Shown here piece by piece: positions 27,311-38,866 of a stretch of DNA of 64,000 nucleotides. The DNA lies in the IMG/VR virus record IMGVR_UViG_3300044878_000059, positions 64,001-128,000 of that record; one strand, given 5' to 3'. The translations under genes were made by a program, and so were the position numbers. Position 1 is the stretch's first letter. Each line of letters opens with the position of its first letter. Under the pieces are notes generated by a model, which was given only the letters and a program-made list of their open reading frames with translations, had not been told where the DNA came from and made no database searches. The DNA is from a virus (lineage: Duplodnaviria > Heunggongvirae > Uroviricota > Caudoviricetes).

Positions 27311-28054
27311 ATGGCACTCTGGAATAACATTCAGTGGGCTTCGGTTGAAGTTGACGACCCAAGGTCGTTGGACAACATCCGAAACCCGCACTTCAACCAC
27401 TTCACGGTACAGACTGAAAAGGACTTGCTCAACGATATCGTTGCCGAGTCCATTCAATTCTCCGGGTTGGAATTCTATTACATCAAACGTGAAATCGTGA
27501 ACCTTGATCGAATCTTCGGTGAGGACACATCAAACACGTTCGGTGATTACTGGAAAGTTGCGATGTACCTTGAGTCTTACCAAGGCTGGCAGGGGCAACA
27601 AGACTTCTATTCCAAGTTCGGCGTATCCGTTGCGGATGAAGTTGACCTAGTGATTCAACCTGATCTATTCGCATATCAAACCGGTGGGTTCTTCCCGCGT
27701 CCGGGTGACTTGATTATGTGGGAACGTCAGTCGCAAGTTAAACAACCGACACTATTCGAAATCATCTGGGTAGAAGCGGATAACCCGTTCCACCCGAACG
27801 GAACTCTGCCGATGCGCAGAATCACCGCACAGAAGTTCGTAGCTAGCCGTGAAAAGATGCCGTTGATCAACAAGTCAACCGTACCTGATCCGAATGGAAC
27901 CGAAATGCCAGCGGATATTCTGGATGAACTGATCCAACTTGAAATGGTTGCTGATATTGACCGAGTTCCATTCGGTGAAACAGACCAGATTCAAGCCGAA
28001 GGTGATGGAATTACAGTGTTCGATGAAGAAGACCCATTCAGAGCTGATTACTAA
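27311..28054 (+). CDS. 14: neck protein (T4 gp14)
   Basis: VAESIQFSG...YYIKRE...IFGED, SKFG, PRPGDLI. Confidence 0.92.
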   Translation: MALWNNIQWASVEVDDPRSLDNIRNPHFNHFTVQTEKDLLNDIVAESIQFSGLEFYYIKREIVNLDRIFGEDTSNTFGDYWKVAMYLESYQGWQGQQDFYSKFGVSVADEVDLVIQPDLFAYQTGGFFPRPGDLIMWERQSQVKQPTLFEIIWVEADNPFHPNGTLPMRRITAQKFVASREKMPLINKSTVPDPNGTEMPADILDELIQLEMVADIDRVPFGETDQIQAEGDGITVFDEEDPFRADY

Positions 28055-28834
28055 TGTTCAAACAAAGACATTTCTACAACAAGTCTATTCGTAGCTATGT
28101 TGTACTGTTCGGAACGCTGTTCAACGAAATGTTGATTCAGCGTTCCAATCAGCCGGACGCCTTCAAGGTTCCTCTAACGTATCAAATGAAAGAGAAGTTC
28201 ATTGCTGCGTTAGAGAACCGAAACGGCGTGAACGGTGAACCCGGAACACCAGAATTGGAAATCATTTTGCCGCGTATGTCTTACTACATGGTGAAACCAT
28301 TCTACGATTCGAAACGCAAGATCAACACCCAGCAATACGGTATGAACACCGTAGTCGATGCCCAAGGGAATAAAACCCATCAGAAGCAATTGGCCCCAGT
28401 TCCATACACGTTCCAGTTTGATCTATCGGTTTACACCCGATATGAAGACGACATGCTGCAAATCATCGAACAGATTCTACCGTACTTCCAGCCACACTTC
28501 AACGCCAAGATCAAAGAAGCATCTGTTACTGGCGTAGTTGACCGTGACATCTATATCAACTTGATTGATGTGGAACCGGCTGAACAGGTAATCGGTTTGA
28601 TGATCGACGGTCGTAGAGTCGTGCAATGGGATTTGAAGTTCGAACTATACGGCTACCTGTACCCACAAGTGCAAGAAGCCAAATTGATTAAACGCACAAT
28701 CGTCAATTTCGTAGGTGAAGTAAAAGACCTATTGAATGAAGAAGCCTCGATGTTCCGTGTAACTGATGAAGTTGACCCATGGACAGCGAACAAAGACGAT
28801 CCTTGGACTGTTAAAGAAACAATAGAGTATCCAA

Positions 28835-28848
<14 letters not shown>
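28054..28848 (+). CDS. 15: tail sheath stabiliser and completion protein (T4 gp15)
   Basis: HFYNKSIRSYVVLFGTLFN, ILPRMSY, QIIEQILPYFQP. Confidence 0.93.
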
Positions 28849-31097
<2,249 letters not shown>

Positions 31098-31134
31098 TTC
31101 ATATCCCCGATGAATTTTCACAGAGTATAGCGCA

Positions 31135-31479
31135 ATGAGCAATAATTCTAACGCTCTTTGGGATAAGTTGGTAACACCTGTGATTATTATGGTTTTGGGC
31201 TTTTTGGCGACGTGGGTGTTCTCAATCAATTCTGATATGGCTGTTATAAAACAATCCATGAACCGCGTTGATTCCGTTATTTCGGAGCAACGAAATATGG
31301 AAAAGATGATAGTGCTTCTAGAAGCCCAGAATAAAAATAACGCTGATCTGGCTGTAGAAGTAAAGAACGGTCAACAGAAGATGAACGATGCAATTGTTGA
31401 ACTTCGAATCTCGTTGACCAAATTGAGTTCCATGCTACCTGAACAACCGGATCGTCCACCCGCACGCAACCCGAGGTAA
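31135..31479 (+). CDS. membrane-anchored coiled-coil protein (possible lysis accessory)
   Basis: One N-terminal transmembrane segment followed by heptad repeats. Confidence 0.6.
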   Translation: MSNNSNALWDKLVTPVIIMVLGFLATWVFSINSDMAVIKQSMNRVDSVISEQRNMEKMIVLLEAQNKNNADLAVEVKNGQQKMNDAIVELRISLTKLSSMLPEQPDRPPARNPR

Positions 31480-31485
31480 GGCAGC

Positions 31486-31821
31486 ATGAGACTATTGTTA
31501 ATTGTGTTGCAGCTATTACAGGCGGTAATGATGAGTGCCCCAGACGAAAACAAAGAAGAAGCCCCGGTACAAAAAGTTGAAGCACCAGAGAAAGACACTG
31601 TAGGGATCAAGGATGACTTGATCCTTCTTTTGTTTCTGGTTCCGGTTATTGGTGTGTTCCTGCCATGGACTCGCGATGCCATCAAAGAAGGTCTGTTGAT
31701 CTTGAACGATATTCCTGACTGGTTTTCGTTCATTATCGTTCTTGGTGTCGTCAGTATGTTTGGTTTAAGAAAACAATTGTCTGATATTTTATCAAATTTC
31801 ACCAATTTTCGCAAAAAATAA
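31486..31821 (+). CDS. putative holin (3TM-holin-like)
   Basis: KDDLILLLFLVPVIGVFLPW...IPDWFSFIIVLGVVSMFGLRK with a basic C-terminus; start may be ATG 31528. Confidence 0.6.
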   Translation: MRLLLIVLQLLQAVMMSAPDENKEEAPVQKVEAPEKDTVGIKDDLILLLFLVPVIGVFLPWTRDAIKEGLLILNDIPDWFSFIIVLGVVSMFGLRKQLSDILSNFTNFRKK

Positions 31822-31843
31822 GTAAGAACTCGATTCTTACTTA

Positions 31844-31851
31844 CATAAATA
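31844..31851 (+). promoter_or_regulatory. late promoter candidate for gene 18 (CATAAATA)
   Basis: TAAATA core ~60 nt upstream of gene 18. Confidence 0.65.
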
Positions 31852-31910
31852 GAATTAGATATTGGGTTCTATACCCAAACAGAATTTTTAACACTTAGAG
31901 GAACACAAAA

Positions 31911-33890
31911 ATGACTCTGCTGTCTCCGGGTATTGAGGTTAAAGAAATTGACCTTAGCACTACCATTGCGAGCGCATCTACTGGCCGTGGTGCCACTGTA
32001 GGTAAGATGCAATGGGGGCCAGCGTTCCAGATCAATCAAATCACTGATGAAACAGATTTGGTTCGTAGATTTGGTGCGCCAAACGACTATACAGCGGCTA
32101 CGTTCTTCTCTGCGGCTAACTTCTTGAAATACGGTAACGACCTAAGATTCGTTCGTGTTGTTGATAGAACTACCGCTAAGAACTCAAGCCCGCTATTCAA
32201 CGCTGTAATTGCAACCATCAGTTCTGGTGGTACTGGTTACGTTGTAGGTGATGCCTACGATGTTAAAGTTGGTGCAACTGTTATTTCTACTGCGGTAGTT
32301 GATAGCGTAGCTCAAACAACCGGTGAATTGAAACGTCTGCGTGTAGCATCTGCTGGTATTCTTGCCGCAATCAAAAGCGGTTTGATCACTTCCCAGTTGG
32401 GCGGTGTAACCCTAGCCCTGACCGGCCATGCTGGTACTGGTGCTGTTGCAACACTTGCTCTGAAAACCGATTCCGGTGTGTTCATGGCAAACGACGATGA
32501 ATTGCATTCCGCGTTCACAACTGAATTCATTGCAACAATGACCGCTGCTTCCATCCCGACTGTTATTGCAAAATACGCCGGGTCATTCGGTGACAAAATC
32601 CAAGTTGATATCATCAACTATGCAGATTTTACATCGCGTGATGGAAACATCGATGTATTCCCAACTGGTGGAACTCGTACTGTTAAGTCGATTGCCCAGA
32701 TGTTCGAATACGGCCCACAAACCAACAACCAATTCGGTGTAGTAGTTAGCTACAACGGCGTTGCTCTGGAAACCTTCGTAGTTTCGACTCTGGAAGGCGA
32801 CCAAGACATCTTCGGTTCTAACATCTATCTGGATGAGTTCTTTGCTAAAGGCCCAAGTCAATACATTTCCGCAATCTCTGATTCGTGGATCGGCACTGCT
32901 CCCGGCGATTCTATTTCGTTGGTGTTCGGTGGTGGTAAAGACTCTAATGCCGGTGCAGATGAATACCTTGCTGGTTGGGATGAATTTGCTGACAAAGAAA
33001 ACATCTACATCAACTTGCTGATTGGTGGTGCGGCTTCCGACGAACCAACTGCTGTTGCATCGACCATCCTGAAATACGTTGTACAGGATATTGCTGCGAC
33101 CCGTGCTGACTGTGTTGCATTCGTTAGCCCGCCAAAAGACTTGATCGTCAACTTGCCTACAGCGGTTGCATTGGATCAGATTGTTGGATGGCGTAATGGT
33201 GTTGATGCTTCGGGTAGCCCAATCGAAGACAACTTGAACGTTAACACTTCGTTCGGTTTCATTGATGGTAACTACAAGTTCCAGTACGACAAGTACAACG
33301 ACAAGAACCGTTGGGTTCCGCTGTCTGCTGACATCGCTGGTCTGTGTGCATACACCGACTCTGTGGCTCAAGCATGGTACTCGCCGGGTGGTCTGAACCG
33401 TGGACAAATCAAAGGTGTTGTTAAACTGGCGATTACTCCAAAACAAGCACAACGCGACCGTCTGTATGAAGCGCAAATCAACCCAGTGATTAGTTTCGCT
33501 GGTCAAGGTTTCTTCTTGTACGGCGACAAAACCGCAACTTCCAAGCCAAGCGCATTCAGCCGAATCAACGTTCGCCGTCTGTTCAACTTGCTGGAAAAAG
33601 CAATCTCCGATGCTGCGAAGTACCGTCTGTTCGAACTGAACGATGAGTTCACACGAAACTCGTTCCGTACAGAAATCAACGCATATCTGGAAGGTATCAG
33701 AGCGCAACGCGGTGTTTACGAATACTACGTTGAATGTTCCGAACGCAACAACACTGGTCAAGTAATTGATGCAAATGAGTTCCGCGCTGCGATCATGATC
33801 AAGCCTGCTCGTTCGATCAACTTCATTACTCTGAGCTTCGTTGCAACCCGTACAGATGCAAACTTCGAAGAACTGCTAGGTTCGTTCTAA
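31911..33890 (+). CDS. 18: tail sheath protein (T4 gp18)
   Basis: MTLLSPGIEVKEID, KYQYDKYNDKNRWVPL, RINVRRLF, 659 aa. Confidence 0.97.
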   Translation: MTLLSPGIEVKEIDLSTTIASASTGRGATVGKMQWGPAFQINQITDETDLVRRFGAPNDYTAATFFSAANFLKYGNDLRFVRVVDRTTAKNSSPLFNAVIATISSGGTGYVVGDAYDVKVGATVISTAVVDSVAQTTGELKRLRVASAGILAAIKSGLITSQLGGVTLALTGHAGTGAVATLALKTDSGVFMANDDELHSAFTTEFIATMTAASIPTVIAKYAGSFGDKIQVDIINYADFTSRDGNIDVFPTGGTRTVKSIAQMFEYGPQTNNQFGVVVSYNGVALETFVVSTLEGDQDIFGSNIYLDEFFAKGPSQYISAISDSWIGTAPGDSISLVFGGGKDSNAGADEYLAGWDEFADKENIYINLLIGGAASDEPTAVASTILKYVVQDIAATRADCVAFVSPPKDLIVNLPTAVALDQIVGWRNGVDASGSPIEDNLNVNTSFGFIDGNYKFQYDKYNDKNRWVPLSADIAGLCAYTDSVAQAWYSPGGLNRGQIKGVVKLAITPKQAQRDRLYEAQINPVISFAGQGFFLYGDKTATSKPSAFSRINVRRLFNLLEKAISDAAKYRLFELNDEFTRNSFRTEINAYLEGIRAQRGVYEYYVECSERNNTGQVIDANEFRAAIMIKPARSINFITLSFVATRTDANFEELLGSF

Positions 33891-33899
33891 TCCGAAATA

Positions 33900-33924
33900 G
33901 GGGTCGCAAGACCCCTTCTAAATA
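33900..33924 (+). terminator. hairpin after gene 18 followed by a late promoter core for gene 19
   Basis: GGGGTC-GCAA-GACCCC-TT then CTAAATA. Confidence 0.6.
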
Positions 33925-33942
33925 CACAGAGGAAATGATCCA

Positions 33943-34443
33943 ATGGCTCTAGAGCTTAACATTGGTGCAATTATCGGTGATGCCGCTCGACCTAACCTGT
34001 TCGAAGTCGAAATCCCATTCCTAGGTCGTGATTTCAAGTTCAAGTGTAAAGCCGCAACTTTGCCAACCTCTACGGTTGAAAAGGTTCCTGTTAGTTACCA
34101 GAACCGTAAAATCAACTTGGGTGGTGATAGAGAATTCGAAGATTGGGTAGTATCGGTATACAACGACACCAATCACACCGTTCGTGAACAGTTCTTGGAC
34201 TGGTCGAGAATGGTACACCAACAAGACCGTAGAATCTACGGTGACGCACCAGAAGACTACAAAAAAGATGGATATGTTCGTCAGTTTGACCGTAAGGGTA
34301 ATCAAACTGTTCAGTATCTCATGAAAGGTATTTGGCCAACTATCGTTGGTGAAGTGCAACTTGACTGGGACACTAACAACGAAATTGAAATTTTTGAAGT
34401 GACCATCGCTATTGACTGGTGGGAACCGGCTTCTGCAATTTAA
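33943..34443 (+). CDS. 19: tail tube protein (T4 gp19)
   Basis: DAARPNLFEVEIP, KINLGGDREFEDW, FEVTIAIDWW. Confidence 0.96.
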   Translation: MALELNIGAIIGDAARPNLFEVEIPFLGRDFKFKCKAATLPTSTVEKVPVSYQNRKINLGGDREFEDWVVSVYNDTNHTVREQFLDWSRMVHQQDRRIYGDAPEDYKKDGYVRQFDRKGNQTVQYLMKGIWPTIVGEVQLDWDTNNEIEIFEVTIAIDWWEPASAI

Positions 34444-34452
34444 TCGATCACA

Positions 34453-34470
34453 GGGGTCTTTGACCCCTTT
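34453..34470 (+). terminator. hairpin / weak terminator after gene 19
   Basis: GGGGTC-TTT-GACCCC-TTT. Confidence 0.55.
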
Positions 34471-34491
34471 GATTTAAATGGAATCCCCAGA

Positions 34492-36111
34492 ATGGCTTTG
34501 AGAGATGCATGGAACAAAATCTTCGGTTCCGAAGAAACATTTGTTCCGACAATTGCTGCACCAGAAAACATGGACGGCGCAGTTGAACATGACGTATTAG
34601 ATACTGGCAATCTGAATAACATTTGGCGTTCCTATGGCCTTAATCTTGATCCAGAGTACAAAACTCTGCCTGACTTGATTAATACCTACCGCGAAATTGC
34701 CGGACACCATGAAGTTGCATCGGGTATCACCGACATTTGCGACCAAGCAATTGTTATGGAAGATGACCCAATCCTGTTGAATCTGCAAAAGACTAAATTC
34801 AGTCCTGCAATTCAGACCAAAATTCAGGCGGAATTCGAGGGGGTTGTTAACCTGCTTGAGTATCGCGAAAAAGGCTACGAATACTTCCGTCAATGGTACA
34901 CAGACGGTCGTAAAATCTTCTTTAAGGTTGTCGATCCAAAGAAACCACAAGAAGGTATCAAAGAACTGCGTGCGCTTGACCCACGATATGTAATCAAGGT
35001 TCGTGAAGTTCAGAAACAAAACATCGACGGTGAAGACATTGTAACTGGTTACAAAGACTTCTTCGTTTACCGCCCGGTTGACAAGAAAGACGGTGCATTC
35101 ATTGGTTACGGCGTTAAGAAGGATTTCGTTCTTCCGGTCGATTCCGTTGTATACGCTCACTCTGGTCTGCTAGATCGCGATGGCAAACACATCATTTCCC
35201 ATCTGCACCAAGCTATCAAACCGGCGAACATGATCAAAATGCTGGAAGATGCGGCCCTGATCTATATGATCGTCCGTGCCCCAGAACGCCGTGTGTTCTA
35301 TATCGACACCGGTAACTTGCCGAAGACCAAAGCAGAACAATACGTTCGCGGCATCATGAACGGCTTCAAGAACAAGATGACGTTCGATGCAACAACCGGC
35401 AAGGTAAAGAACGGATACAACACGCAATCCATGCTAGAAGACTTCTGGTTGCCTCGTAGAGAGGGTTCCAAGGGTACTGAGATTACTACCCTACCGGGTG
35501 GACAAAACATGGACGCTACAGACCTGCTGAACTACTACAAGCAGAACCTGTACGATGCGTTGCAAGTGCCGGGTTCCCGTGCTGAATCGGGGGCAATGAT
35601 CGATTTCGGTCAGGGTGGTACAGAAATTACACGCGACGAATTGAAGTTTGATAAGTTTGTTCACAGACTGCAAGCCAGATTCGCCACAATCTTCTTGGAA
35701 CCATTGAAAACGAACTTGATTCTGAAACGAATCATTACCGAAGAAGAATGGGATCAGAACAAAAACGCAATCATGATCGACTTTGCGGTTGACTCTTACT
35801 TCGCTGAACGTAAGAAAGCCGAAATGTTGCAACTGCGTTTGAGCAACTACACCCAAGTTGAACCAATCATCGGCGTTCACGTTTCGTATGAATGGGCTGC
35901 ATTGGAAGTGTTGAAGCTGACTCAAGAAGAAATTGATGAACAGCGCAAGAAGATTCTGGAAGAACAGAAAGACCCGATCTATCAACTTGCTGCACAACGC
36001 TCTGCACAACAGAACGGCGCAATGGAACCAGACCCGTCATTCAATGATCCAGAGTTCGGTGGTGGACAGCCAACACCAACCCCACAACCAAATCCACAAC
36101 CAAATCTATAA
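34492..36111 (+). CDS. 20: portal protein (T4 gp20)
   Basis: MLEDAALIYMIVRAPERRVFYIDTGNLPK, MLEDFWLPRREG. Confidence 0.97.
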   Translation: MALRDAWNKIFGSEETFVPTIAAPENMDGAVEHDVLDTGNLNNIWRSYGLNLDPEYKTLPDLINTYREIAGHHEVASGITDICDQAIVMEDDPILLNLQKTKFSPAIQTKIQAEFEGVVNLLEYREKGYEYFRQWYTDGRKIFFKVVDPKKPQEGIKELRALDPRYVIKVREVQKQNIDGEDIVTGYKDFFVYRPVDKKDGAFIGYGVKKDFVLPVDSVVYAHSGLLDRDGKHIISHLHQAIKPANMIKMLEDAALIYMIVRAPERRVFYIDTGNLPKTKAEQYVRGIMNGFKNKMTFDATTGKVKNGYNTQSMLEDFWLPRREGSKGTEITTLPGGQNMDATDLLNYYKQNLYDALQVPGSRAESGAMIDFGQGGTEITRDELKFDKFVHRLQARFATIFLEPLKTNLILKRIITEEEWDQNKNAIMIDFAVDSYFAERKKAEMLQLRLSNYTQVEPIIGVHVSYEWAALEVLKLTQEEIDEQRKKILEEQKDPIYQLAAQRSAQQNGAMEPDPSFNDPEFGGGQPTPTPQPNPQPNL

Positions 36112-36118
36112 AGGGTAA

Positions 36119-36634
36119 ATGATGAGCGAGATTCTAACCGCTGCTCTTTCCCAGAACCCAATCGATTTCAAGGCTAAGTTTGATGAAGCCTTGAAAGCGG
36201 CTGTTCTGGCAAAGGCGGGTGAAGTTCAAGTTGCTTTGACTGAGGCTTTCGGCAAGAAAGAAGATGACAAAGAAGACAAGGACGAAAAGAAAGACGATGA
36301 CAAATCGGACGACAAGAAAGACGAAAAGTCTGACAAAGGCGACGATGACAAAGATGAAGACAAAGATGAGGATGACGACTCAAAAAAGTCTGATCTGACC
36401 GAACGTACACTGTCGTTTGAAGTGGGTAACCCATCTTCTGCGTCAAAACAGCTTCGTAGCAAAGGCGTTGCAGCCGCTTCGGAACCGGGTGACGGTAAGG
36501 TCGTTAAAGTTAAAGTAGCAACGCCAGACGATGGCCGTAAGGTCGCTGCATGGCTTGCCGATCAGGGTTGGTCTGATAAAGACATCAAACAAAAGTACCC
36601 TGAACTTTCACGCCTGTCTAAGCAAAAGGGTTGA
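36119..36634 (+). CDS. 67: prohead core protein gp67-like with an extra C-terminal domain
   Basis: Helical N-terminus plus a D/E/K tract as in gp67; two LTE motifs; about 75 extra residues. Confidence 0.65.
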   Translation: MMSEILTAALSQNPIDFKAKFDEALKAAVLAKAGEVQVALTEAFGKKEDDKEDKDEKKDDDKSDDKKDEKSDKGDDDKDEDKDEDDDSKKSDLTERTLSFEVGNPSSASKQLRSKGVAAASEPGDGKVVKVKVATPDDGRKVAAWLADQGWSDKDIKQKYPELSRLSKQKG

Positions 36635-36637
36635 TCG

Positions 36638-37051
36638 ATGTTTTCAATGAGTCTGAATGACTTGTTGGGAACTTTGTCGGAATCTAGCGAATACACATAC
36701 CAACTGACCAAGGATGAACTCGACTGGGTTCTAGGTCAGTTGGATATGCAAGTAAAACCAAATGGTGACGTTTCAGACAACGACGATCAAGAAGACAACC
36801 CGGTATTGGGTAAGTATTCGGATGGCACGTTGAAAACGAGTGTGAAGATTCAAGACTTCGTGGACATCAAACTCTACAGAAGCCTTGCCGAAGCACATAT
36901 CAAGAAAAACGGAACTCTGGACTTTCGCAAGCTGATTGGCAAAGCGACCAAGAAGTATCAAGCGTTGATGTCAGCGCAAGGAACTTACGGTAGCCCTGTA
37001 GCGGGCGATGTTGCTGGTTCACCAACAATACCTGATAGTTCGTCAAATTAA
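36638..37051 (+). CDS. hypothetical prohead core protein (gp68 position)
   Basis: Synteny between gp67 and gp21; sequence similarity to gp68 not recognised. Confidence 0.5.
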   Translation: MFSMSLNDLLGTLSESSEYTYQLTKDELDWVLGQLDMQVKPNGDVSDNDDQEDNPVLGKYSDGTLKTSVKIQDFVDIKLYRSLAEAHIKKNGTLDFRKLIGKATKKYQALMSAQGTYGSPVAGDVAGSPTIPDSSSN

Positions 37052-37055
37052 GCGA

Positions 37056-37063
37056 TATAAATA
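37056..37063 (+). promoter_or_regulatory. late promoter TATAAATA
   Basis: Exact consensus upstream of gene 21. Confidence 0.85.
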
Positions 37064-37081
37064 CTATCAGAGAGGTTAACG

Positions 37082-37885
37082 ATGACTGATTTTACCCTGT
37101 TCACTGAGGACAAGGAATCACCGGAATATCTATTCACGGAAGTTGAAGACTTCAAAGTTGAAATGATTACCGAAGTTTCCAAAAACGGTGACAAGAATTT
37201 GTACGTTGAAGGTATTGCGATGCAAGCCGAGACATTGAACGGTAACGGTAGAGTATACCCAACCCGTGTAATGGCCGAAGCTGTAGACCAATATACATCA
37301 AACTACGTTTCCAAAAACCAAGCCTTGGGCGAGTGTGACCACCCGCCACGACCAAATGTCTTGCTTTCCGAAGCTAGCCACTTGATCCAGAAGATTTGGA
37401 CTGAGGGGAACGATATCTGCGCCCGTGCCGTAGTTCTAAACAGCCACAAGGGCCAACAAATCCGCGCATTGATCGAGGGTGGTTGGACTCCTACTGTTTC
37501 GACCCGTGGCCTTGGTAAAGCGATTCAAATCAATGAATCCAAATCCAAGTTCGGACGTAGCTACACAGAAATTACCAAATTCCAGCTAACAGCCGGATTT
37601 GACTTTGTGCATAACCAATCCGCTCCCGGTGCTGTCATGGCTGGTGTATATGAGTCAGTTGGACATCAGTACATCCCAGTTGCACAGAAAGAGTCCGTGG
37701 ACTGGAACCGTGTTGCATTCCGCTTGAAGCAACTTGTTGGAGTTTCCGAAGCCTTGGTAATGGAAAACACCAACCCTGCCGAAACCGGCCTGAAACTTAC
37801 TGTTATCGGTGATGTTGTGGTTATTGAAGCCAACACACACGAATGGTCTGTTCCATTGAAAGAACTGAAAAAATATCTAGGTTAA
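37082..37885 (+). CDS. 21: prohead protease (T4 gp21)
   Basis: LYVEGIAMQAETLNGNGRVYP, ALGECDHP, VSTRGLG, DFVHNQSAPGA. Confidence 0.93.
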   Translation: MTDFTLFTEDKESPEYLFTEVEDFKVEMITEVSKNGDKNLYVEGIAMQAETLNGNGRVYPTRVMAEAVDQYTSNYVSKNQALGECDHPPRPNVLLSEASHLIQKIWTEGNDICARAVVLNSHKGQQIRALIEGGWTPTVSTRGLGKAIQINESKSKFGRSYTEITKFQLTAGFDFVHNQSAPGAVMAGVYESVGHQYIPVAQKESVDWNRVAFRLKQLVGVSEALVMENTNPAETGLKLTVIGDVVVIEANTHEWSVPLKELKKYLG

Positions 37886-37908
37886 AGCTGGAACGCCAGC
37901 ACAATTGA

Positions 37909-37916
37909 TATAAATA
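37909..37916 (+). promoter_or_regulatory. late promoter TATAAATA
   Basis: Exact consensus upstream of gene 22. Confidence 0.85.
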
Positions 37917-37941
37917 CATCAAACAATCTTGGAGGTCTTTA

Positions 37942-38751
37942 ATGACTGGTACTAAAAAAGTTCAGCTAGACGCCACAGAAGTGAAGGCGTTGTTTGAACA
38001 AGTTGGCGCTCCCGCTGATGCTATTGACAGCTTTGTCGAAATTTTCGAATCTGCTGTTGCAACAAACACCGCTGCTCAAGTAGAACTTGAATTGGCTGAA
38101 AAGGTCGCTGACCTTGAAGCTAAAGCAGAAGCTCATATCACTTTCTTGAATGAAAAATCGGAAGAACACAAAGTTCTGATTGAACAAGAAGCTGATGCAA
38201 AGCTGACTGCCTACATGGAACACTTCGCGGCTGAATTCGTAGCAGAAAACAAACCTGTTATCGAATCGAACATCAAATCAACTATGTTTACTTCCTTGAT
38301 GGAAGGTATGCAGAAGTTGTTCGTTGAACACAATCTTGCATTGTCCGACGAACAGACCGATGTATTGGCTGTTACCGAATCGAAGTTGGCTGAAACCCAA
38401 ACTGCATTGTCCGAAGTTCAGACTCAAGTAATTGAACTGACCCGCACAATCAATGAAGGCAAACGTTCCGACATCATCGATGCTGCTGTTGCAAGTCTGA
38501 CCGAATCGCAAGCTGAAAAAGTTCGCGAACTGGTTGCTGACATTGCTTTCTCCGAAGCATTCGAAGGTAAAGTTCAACGTGTAGTTGAAGCATTTGCAAA
38601 TGTTACCCCTGTTATCAAACCAGAAACTACTGACGTAGTAACAGAAGTGACCAATCCAGATGCACTAAATACACCAGAAGCCAAGCAAGTTACCCCGGCA
38701 ATGAGCATGTATTTGCAAGCCGCTGGTAAACAAGCGACAAAATTCCGTTAA
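37942..38751 (+). CDS. 22: prohead core scaffold (T4 gp22)
   Basis: FVEIFESAV, LTESQAEKVRELV, C-terminal MSMYLQAA. Confidence 0.9.
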   Translation: MTGTKKVQLDATEVKALFEQVGAPADAIDSFVEIFESAVATNTAAQVELELAEKVADLEAKAEAHITFLNEKSEEHKVLIEQEADAKLTAYMEHFAAEFVAENKPVIESNIKSTMFTSLMEGMQKLFVEHNLALSDEQTDVLAVTESKLAETQTALSEVQTQVIELTRTINEGKRSDIIDAAVASLTESQAEKVRELVADIAFSEAFEGKVQRVVEAFANVTPVIKPETTDVVTEVTNPDALNTPEAKQVTPAMSMYLQAAGKQATKFR

Positions 38752-38761
38752 TTCGAAATTA

Positions 38762-38793
38762 TTTTCGCTAATTTGAAAAATAATTAGCGAAAA
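38762..38793. repeat. 12-bp perfect AT-rich inverted repeat upstream of gene 23
   Basis: TTTTCGCTAATT-N8-AATTAGCGAAAA. Confidence 0.75.
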
Positions 38794-38817
38794 TGCTCAA
38801 TTTTCGAAACTAACAGC

Positions 38818-38825
38818 ACTAAATA
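38818..38825 (+). promoter_or_regulatory. late promoter candidate for gene 23 (ACTAAATA)
   Basis: TAAATA core ~45 nt upstream of the ATG. Confidence 0.7.
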
Positions 38826-38866
38826 CATATATCTAAACTTTTAAACTTTTCCATCTGGAGAAAAAG

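Noticed and set aside
36244-36400. Short tandem DNA repeats or a CRISPR-like array
   Set aside because: Low-complexity GAC/GAA/AAA codons encoding the D/E/K tract of gp67; no repeat-spacer structure here or elsewhere in the window.
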